From Podarcis filfolensis (taxonomy: Eukaryota), in assembly GCA_964270895.1 (NCBI GenBank), contig OZ185435.1: 64,000 nucleotides of DNA. The stretch is one strand, 5' to 3'. This document shows, piece by piece, positions 12,077 through 20,746 of this stretch. Numbering within the stretch: position 1 is the first letter of the stretch; each line of letters starts with the position of its first letter. The notes under the pieces were generated by a model. That model was not told the DNA's origin and did not search any database. It saw only the letters and a list, made by a program, of their open reading frames with translations. Made by a program: the position numbers and the translations under genes.

Positions 12077-14077
12077 GATGGGTTGATCTTTCTTCTCTCT
12101 ACTCACCTACATTGGAGCCAAAAAAAAGGAAAATTGAGGACATGGATCCTAACAGCCTACTTGACTCTTCTGTCAATTTCATACTAATTACACACAAATA
12201 AACCTATTGGCTTAAGTAAATAGGGTTTTGAAATTAGTTTACAAATGTACACTTTAATTTAACTTGGCATTTACACTAATTGCTATGAGACCAGATCATA
12301 CAACTGAGAACACAAGGAAAAGAAATATAGAAAACTTTCCCACAGTCCTATTAACGTGGCTGAGTCCTACCAGATAACATTCTACCAGAAAAGTTGACAA
12401 TATTATCTCCATGGGATTCTGCTATTAATTTCAATGAAAGAGCCAATGAATCATGGTCGTAGTTCTGGGAAATTTCCAGTGGAATTTTTTTTGGAGCTGT
12501 ATATAATTTCACACAGGGTCGTGGGACATTCTTGAGAAAGCAAGAATGCACAATTAGTACTGACCTTGGGTCATACGCAAAATTGGAACTGTTGAGTACA
12601 TATTTCACAATAAATTAGTGCTATGTTTACATTCTCTCTCTGAACCGGTTAAACAAGACTAGGAAAATTTCTTTCTTTATGTGTTACTGCATTAAAATTA
12701 ATTGGCTGTATGAGGCATGAGGGTGTGAATTGGCAAAACTTAAGCTGGTGATATTTTTAGAAACGTGCAGCACTGAAAAACAAAGAGTTGCTTTGTTCTA
12801 ATGCTTGTTAATAAGCTGTGCTGTCCCTCAAGGATATTTTTTCTGTTTGTCCAAGTGCACACAAAATCTAGAATTCTGGAACAACTGGAGTTGATAAATG
12901 TACTGAAACTATGTGCCTAAGAAGAGCAAGTTATATAAACAGAGATGCTACACCCAACCACTCTTTTCCATTGTTAAGCAAGTCAGTCATATTCTAGTGG
13001 CAAGGAGCTGTCTTGAGAACCAAGGAGTTCCAATCTTGCAAAATCAAAGTTTCAACAAAGTAATACTGTATTTCTTGTATCCTGTTTTTTAATGTCTACC
13101 AGTGACTCCCAGTAGTTATAATACAAAGGAGGCAGGTAGGTATCTAATTAAATAGCAATGTAAGGGGCACTTTGGTATCAGATATAGCCTATAAGTTTAG
13201 GGTGGCATCTCTACAAGAGAATTTTTCTGTTCTCAGTTGGAGTCCATTGCTGGAAAGAGCCAAAATGTTAATAGTTTGCATTATCTCCTCATTCCTGTAT
13301 GTAATAAGCATTTCCCCCTCTTCATATACCCATGTGTTGCATTACATAAACATAACATTCTGTCCCTCTGAATGTATGGAGAATGCTTGAGTGTCATCCC
13401 CCCTCTCATAATAGTTGTGTTATTGTGCACTCACAAGATTAACAATTTAATAATAATAAAAACCAAAAACCAATGGATTGAATCTGGTCTGGCTCCTCTA
13501 TGAACATCTGATACCAAAGGTGTGAATTCCCCCAAACAACTGAGGGATTACCTAGTATTAGCCATCGTTGAAAATAAGCCCACAAAAGTAATTAGCTCAC
13601 CACCACAGCCTACTAAGAAGCCAGAAGTCTGTGTTGCCATGGTGGCCATGGAGGAGGGAAAGTCCCCTCTTCTGTGGCCAACATGAAAATGCAAGCTACT
13701 AGACTCTTAGAAGGCAGCTTTTTTAACCAGCTTGCTAAGTGAAAGGGCATGTAGGAAGGAAGGGTATATCTGCTCCTCCTTCACTAGCCTATTTCGTGGT
13801 TATGAAAGAATAGGCTTTCCTTCCTGCCTGGCTAGCAAAGAAACCAAGTGGACTGGCAGAAAAGAGACCAAGTAACCCACTCCTCCTCCACCAACCTGCT
13901 CATTCACCTACATGAATTTCCTGGTCACCCATGAGTACCAGGCAAGTTGTCAAAAACAAGGCAGGTTTTACCTACGTCAATAAACCAACTCAGAAGATGT
14001 GCCAGCATACATACAGACTCTGCTACCAAGACTCAGCTACACAGCTGCAAATAAAATATTTTAAATGTTTTGTAGAG

Positions 14078-14110
14078 TGCAATATACAAATGTGACACTA
14101 GATGGCGAGA
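14078..14110 (+). promoter_or_regulatory. CTCF site with upstream module
   Basis: TGCAATATA-CAAAT-GTGACACTAGATGGCGAGA: core CACTAGATGGCG plus a TGCAAT module at the canonical 5-nt spacing. Confidence 0.65.
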
Positions 14111-14595
14111 GTGAGCTATGCCAAATTCAATGTATTTTTCAAAACTTTTTTTAAAAAAGCATTTTCATAGTGTTTTCTAAATGTGTGTAGATTCCAGCCA
14201 AGAGACTAAAAGATAAATGCTTTCCTTTTTCCAGCCATGAATACAAAAGTAGTTGCAACTGACATATGTGTAATATATTATTTTGTCTCAGTAACAGCTG
14301 AGGCAATATGTCTACTTAAAAAAATTATTCCTGGTATTTAGCAGCTAGTTGTTAAGCCCACAATTAACTGTTGTAACTGATATGTCATTAATATCCCTAT
14401 CATCATTTTGAAAAGCAGGCAGGTCTCTGTGAAAGGGGCATGAATTTGCCTTATTGGAGGATGCTGTGAAAGCGGAACATGCAGCAGGGTAACCCAACAG
14501 TAGTTGTGGGAAATCTTACCCGCTCCAACTCTCCCCATCAGCACCGGCCAGCATGGCCAATGGTGGCAACGGTAGTGCAACACCATCTGGTGGAC

Positions 14596-14949
14596 CAGTG
14601 CTGGATTTACGTATAAGCTAAACAAGTTATAGCTTAGGGCTCCACTCTCTTGGGGGTCCCCAAAAATTTTAAAGGGGAAAGAAATGGATGTACATTTCCA
14701 AAATATAAGATAAAAAACAAATAAAATAAAACCTACATACAGCAACAGTATTTTGTGTTGTGCAGGCTCCTATTTGTTATGTTCAAACGGCTTTAGATAC
14801 CTATTAGGTCCATAAATTACCATATAGTATATACAGTATTCAACACAAAAAACAGCGGCAATTTGTTGTTGACAAAGGACAGCTGGACATATAAAGGGTC
14901 CCATTACCTTCAGTAGCCTAGGGCCTCATCAAACCTAACTCCGGCCCTG
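14596..14949. mobile_element. hAT MITE (354 bp) with a perfect 8-bp TSD
   Basis: TIRs CAGTGCTGGATTTA and TAACTCCGGCCCTG (11/14 match). TGGTGGAC is duplicated at 14588-14595 and 14950-14957. Confidence 0.9.
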
Positions 14950-16260
14950 TGGTGGACTACAAGTTCCTCCCTAGAGAAGCGGGGAGAAGACTGGGGGGGC
15001 GCAAGGGGGTCTTCCAGGGAGGACGGAAGCGGGAGAGGGGTTCTGCGCTTGGAGAAAGACTGAAAGCGCAGGATATAAGCATGTTTCGCGGCGCGGCTAC
15101 GCGTCCACACCTCCCTCTCCGCCGGGCCCCCGATTTACCCCGATAGCGCAAGGAAGCCTGTCCCGAAGTCCCTTCCCAGCACCCGGATCCCGAGGCGGAG
15201 CTCCAAGTCCCTCTCACGACGCCCGGCCTGTTCATTCCCAATCGCAGATTCCTCACGAGACCGGCCCTTCACCCCTTTAAGCCTCCCAGGTGGGCATTCT
15301 CGCCTCCCGCCGATACTTAACGGCTGCGGGCTGGCCCACTGGGGCGGGGGGGGGTCGCTGATAACGGGAGGCGGGTCCTCGTCTCTGTGGAAAGTGCCGC
15401 GGCGGATGCGGAGTCAGCGCTCCCCGCTTGCCCTGAGCGGATGAAAACAAACAGCAGCAATGGCGGCGGCGGCGGCGGCGGCTGCAGGGAGAGTCTGCGG
15501 CCGTGAGGGACACCCTGGATGTGTAACCTGCGACGACGGGCAGGTCGGCTCTTAGGGCCTGAGCGACTTCTCCTCGAAGACCGGCGCCGGTTCCTCAGAG
15601 GGGAACCTCTCCTCGAAGGGGCGGCGCAAGCGGAGACTCCACTCGTACGCGGGCCAGCAAGCCTTGGGCATTCCCAACCCCTTCCCTAGGCTGGACCAAG
15701 CACTGGGCAGCGGCGAGTGGAGGCCGGATATTGGTCACCCGCCTCGGGGCCAAAGGTCCCAACAGCCCTTCTCCCCAGCAGGCGCTGTTTTCCCGGCAGG
15801 CTTGGGCTACGAATCTACGCGCACCCCCCACCCCCCGCCATATTCCCGGACGGGGCTGAGGGAAGCCTTGTCCCGCGCGGGAATTGGGCAGCGAAAGGTG
15901 TGCTAGGAAGAAGAGAGACGAGAGGCGGGCGGCCCTCAAGTCTGCGGGGCCGGAGGGGTCTCGGTGCTGCGAGTCCCCATTGGGGTTCCTGAGGTGACCC
16001 CAGCAAAGGACGTTGCCACGTCTCCTCTCCGAGGAAAGAAGCCACAGGAGGCGGCGAGGGCGGCACCTTCCAGCCCTTCGAGTCGAAACCAGCCGCGAGG
16101 ATTTTGGAGAGGCCCACTGGGTCTGACCATGAGGAGGGGCTAGGATAGCCTCCGGGCTCGTCCCCGGAATGAGACCCCGAGCCGTCACCTCAGCCTTCTC
16201 CCCGCAGGTAATCCCGGCCTGCACCTCAGATGCACATAATTTGATGGGTTTCGACTAGGC
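14950..16260. promoter_or_regulatory. CpG island; bidirectional HARBI1/ATG13 promoter with non-coding first exons
   Basis: GC/CpG-rich block between the divergent HARBI1 (-) and ATG13 (+) coding regions. Contains a YY1-like AATGGCGGC at 15459-15467 and an E2F-like TTTCGCGG at 15084-15091. Candidate plus-strand donors are at 15543/15544 and 16207/16208. Confidence 0.9.
15430..16207 (+). other. ATG13: ATG13 non-coding first exon region (donor at 15543 and/or 16207; TSS approximate)
   Basis: GAGCGGATGAAAACAAACAGCAGCAATGGCGGCG resembles the recalled start of mammalian ATG13 mRNA. Donors are CAG|GTCGGC (15543) and CAG|GTAATC (16207). Confidence 0.6.
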
Positions 16261-16439
16261 TTCTGCTGGAGTAGGGTGATGGGTCTGCTCCCACAGAGTA
16301 GGTAGGGGTGGGGAGAGCAGCGGATCACAGTCTGATTGTATAGAGTTGTGGGTAGTAGGGAAAATAGGGCTGTGAGGACTGTTTACTTCTAGACAAACCT
16401 TTCAGAACCTAAGGAGTACTGAAAATAAAACCTCCTTGA

Positions 16440-16540
16440 GGATGTGATGTAGTCAACGTATGACGTGGCACGTGCATGACCTTGGGTTTAAACCCAGCTA
16501 CACCACTAAATTTCTTAGCATGTGTGATGTGGGAGCTTGA
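16440..16540 (+). mobile_element. Degenerate MIR-like SINE fragment
   Basis: GACCTTGGGTTTAAACCCAGCTACACCACT resembles the MIR B-box region. Confidence 0.4.
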
Positions 16541-19500
16541 ATATATCTGTAACTTTGTCAAAAGGGAGTTTTGTTGACTGAGGTTGTTTCAGATCTGCTG
16601 TTGATAACTGATTAAGCTGCTTTAAAGCAACAGTCTTCAAAGGATTCCAGCAACACAGGACCTATTTTCACTAACCAGTTCTACATCATGTGTTCCCTTG
16701 AGGATCAAGCTGCCAGTCTTTATGCTGCATACTTTGTCTTCATCATGTGATCTGACCTCATGGTCTTTTGATCTAGAGATATTTCTAAATCTTTCAGGCA
16801 ACAATGTGACTGAAATAATGTGAGGCTTTTCTAACTCTTGGGCCACAATTCAACACAAATTCAAGTATGCTGAAGTTCACTGAAATCTTAACCAAAACAG
16901 TGCAATTCTGCTACGAGGAGTGGGACTTTCTCTCTAGTTAATACGTTTAGTATATCAGTCTTGGTGTGCCTAACTCTGCACTGGAATGTGGCTCTGGGTC
17001 TTTAAAATACCTATTGCGTAATGGAAAAACTAGGCCATTCGCATAAACAAAAAATAGTTTAGTTAGAATCACTGGCTTTTTTGAATTTCAATAAAAGAGA
17101 AAAGGCATTTTAGAAACATGTTTTTATTTGCCTTAAAATTACATTTCTTTTCCCCTAGAATTTATATTAACTTAGGGACTAAGCAATGTTTGCTACCTTC
17201 CAGTTTGTTGTAACAACAAGAATAAAAAAGTTGATAATCATAGTTTGGTTCCTATCAAGAAGAAAATCTACCTCAAAACCTAAAATAGGGCTGCTTCATA
17301 TTTACAGGAATTAAGGCATATGCCTCTGTGTACTATATCTGCCAATAGGGTTCCTTGTAAAGTGTTAGAATTTTATGTCTGTTCTAGTTGATTTTCATGT
17401 ATGCTGCATTCACTGAGGGACCCCAGAGCTAGCCGTGGCTTTTGATGACATCTGTAGTGTGCACACAAATCAAACAGAATATGGTTCTTGCACATAGTGG
17501 GCAGTGTTGTAGGTACACATATTATACTATGCACATTGGAAGCAACCCTCAGGAGGTACAAAATGGGGAATTCTTGTAAGCTGTCTCACTATTTTAGGAA
17601 ATATAATAAATGGGGATAAGTGAACCATAGGTCTTTAGGACATCATATTTAGTATTTTCTCCAAATTTAGAAATATATGTTCATAATGTAACAGAATTAA
17701 TTTTCATTCCAGAACAAAATGAGATCCAGCTTGTCAAGTTTATAAACATATGCTTTCTATGATAGAATGTGTACTAAGAACAAATTCAATTATCCAAGTG
17801 CCAGTGTTTATGTAATCAAAACATTACCATGCATGCACAAGAGAGAGATATCAGCAGGCTTCTGGGTATCCCAGCTTGCAAAAGTACTAAAAATCTTTAG
17901 GTTGAGGCAGGGGAGTCAAAACAGCCCATTGAAGGCTGAGTACATTGACTGAGGTGGGTGATGCCAGGAGTGTAAGGAAGGAAGGCTTGGCTGACTGGAG
18001 CACTATACAGAAGCACTCCATACTGCAACATATTCTTACTGGCCCAAAATATTATATAGTCAGTTTTCTTCTAATGTTGTTAAATAATTTATGATTATTA
18101 TTACATGTAGCTGTTGTTTTTTAATTCAGGAAATCAGTAACTTACAGTGGATTCCCACAAACTCTCCTTTCTAGGTACTGAGCAGGCTGAAATTTCTTGC
18201 CTTTAACATTACACTCAGTTCTCTGGGTCCAAGAAAGACTAATGGTGAGGTGGCATACATTAGATCTGCCTGGACTTGAATTCAAGGATAATTATTTCTC
18301 CTGAAAGAATCAACCCCTAAGTTGGAGCTCTATCTAGTGTTTCTTGTTCCTCTTAGGAGATTGTGATGCAAATGTTGCCAAGACAACTGCTCCCTACTCT
18401 CAAAACATGGTAAACAGGCAAAGGAGGAGCAGGTTCATAAATGCTTTGTGTGTCACCCAGATGTGTTTGGCTTTTATTTGAATTTTTTTACTGGGCTCTT
18501 TTAAAATGTTTTCCTGCTTTTAAGGAGTTTGCACTAGAGAAAGCAATGCTGCTGTTAATTGGAAAGCCTTGTGAAATAGAAAACTGTCTTATACTGAGTG
18601 CATCTAACCCAGTATTGGTTGTTTTGACTGGCAGTAGCTTTCAAAGTTTTTGAACCAAAGTTTTTCACATCCTCCTGTTACCCAAGTGCTTTTAACTGGT
18701 GATTAAACCTGGAACTTTCTGCCTCCAAAGTTAATGCCTTGCTACTGAGCTACAGCTTGGCCCAAAGTGAATGATCTATAACCTGAGAATCATGAAGTAT
18801 CTCTGATATTCTAGTAGCTTGTGAAGGTTCTAGAATCACTGCACTGAGAGACATAACCAGTATAATTGTCCATCCTGTATTCTCATTGAAATACTATATG
18901 GGTTGAGGTTACTCATTTCGTAACACCCTTTGTTTTAAATGTCTCTGCCAGAATGGAGAGCAAAGAAAGCTGTTTCCTTACCCTGTAAAAAGAAACCTGC
19001 CACCACAGTGTTATTGAAGAACAGTTTTGATCTGAGAGAAGGTGATATCTAGCTTTTGGGGAAAAAGTCATTGTAATTTGTTTTTGCTGCTTTATTACTC
19101 CGTTTTAATTAATACTTATTAATTTAATTTTTTTTGTAAACCGCTTTGTGAGATTTACCTGAAAAGTGTTATATAAATAATAATAAATGAAATATTTTGC
19201 TTTAGATATGCTGTGTATTATAGTTACTCAGGAAAGAGGCACTAAAAGCAGCAAGGGTTTAGAGTAGGATTGGTCCCGTGGAAATTACCACCATGCAGTA
19301 AAGCACAAGCATGTCTGAAATATACAATAGACCATCACAAAGAAGGTGTGTCACATATGTGAATTTGTGTTAGATTTCCATTATATAATGGAAGTTTTTC
19401 TTCAAAACTTCAAAAATGAAAATTTTGATAAGTGCTACAGTTTGTGTGTATTGATTTTCATGTGAGGATGGGGATGTCAGTTGCAAAAAGGCTTTCTGAA

Positions 19501-20746
19501 GCCTAGAACCCAATAGTTCCCTGACCTGACTAGCTCATAGGTAAAAATATCACCTTTTAGATAATGTTGGTTATCCTCTGGGCTGAAAATAAATATTCTG
19601 ACATTAAGGCTCCAGCTGTGTTCAGTAACATTGGTAGATCACTGAGAAAAATAGTGTGTGATGTTTAGCATGATCCACTCAAATTCACGGGACAAGTTAG
19701 TCAATTTGTGTTCCATTGATTTCAGTGGGTCTTCTCAAGCACGACTTAGTCTGTATCCAGCTCATGATCCATATATTGGTCAAATTCTGATATACAAAAC
19801 TTTATTTTCAGCAAGCAAACATGCAAATTTTCCTAACTACAGCTTAGGTCAAATCTGTTGGCCCTTTTTGTTCTACACTGCATTTTATCTGTCACAGTTT
19901 CATGATAACTAGGTAGGTATCATTGTTCATTTATCAAGAAATGAAATAGTTTATCAAATATCACACCTGTTTAGAGAAAGAGACAGTATTATTCAGGTGT
20001 ACTTTGCACTTTTGCCCAGTGCTGAGTCCATTGCATTTTAACATTATATTGTTTCAAGGAATGTACCTGTGAAGCATTCTGGGATGGTGGAGAGATGGGA
20101 TGGTGGGGAGTGTCTGGGGGTATCTTGAAGACATTTATTATGGCATGAACTTTCACAGACTAGCACCTGCTCATAAGTATGACTTAGCTACAGTAGGGCT
20201 GTGACATGACAAATGCCAGCTCTGCCCACATATCCACTCCAGCAACACAATTGGAGGACTTAATAAAAATATCGTCAGCTATACTGCCATCAGGGGGTCA
20301 GTCACCTGCCAGTACTGCTCTGCTGCCTACATAGGTCAATTTTTATGCAAAGAATGACTTCCATGTGTAGACTCTCGTTGCTTTGTACAAATGTGCTTCT
20401 TTAAATGCATATAATGACCAAACTCATTTGGCACTTAGTTCTAGCAAGTTCAGCAGCTTAAATGAAATGTGATCTTTTCCTGCTCCAGTTCCCATAACAA
20501 CTGAGCTGATTCTGAAAATGCACATAAACTTTTCACTGGTGCATATTCTCTTCGTGGCTAGTAGTTTATTAATGTAAATCACACAAATTTATCTCAGCAA
20601 GGTTAAGATTAGTTTTATGTCTCTTTAAGATTACCATAGTTTCCTGAAGTTCATTAACTTTGATTAGTTTAAATAATATAGTAAGCTCTCCTGTTAGTAA
20701 CAAATTGGAATATTTATGCCTGTTCTATTCTAGATTTCCATATGCA

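Noticed and set aside
12077-12106. N-terminal extension [10 protein letters not shown] of the HARBI1 ORF call
   Set aside because: It starts at GTG immediately after the splice acceptor and is 5' UTR. The conserved start is the AUG at 12076.
14338-14745. 135-aa minus-strand ORF
   Set aside because: It runs through the hAT MITE and another MITE fragment; a chance ORF.
15595-16224. 209-aa minus-strand ORF and overlapping ORFs in the second CpG island
   Set aside because: ORFs are open in several frames on both strands, the composition is a GC artefact, and no motif is recognisable.
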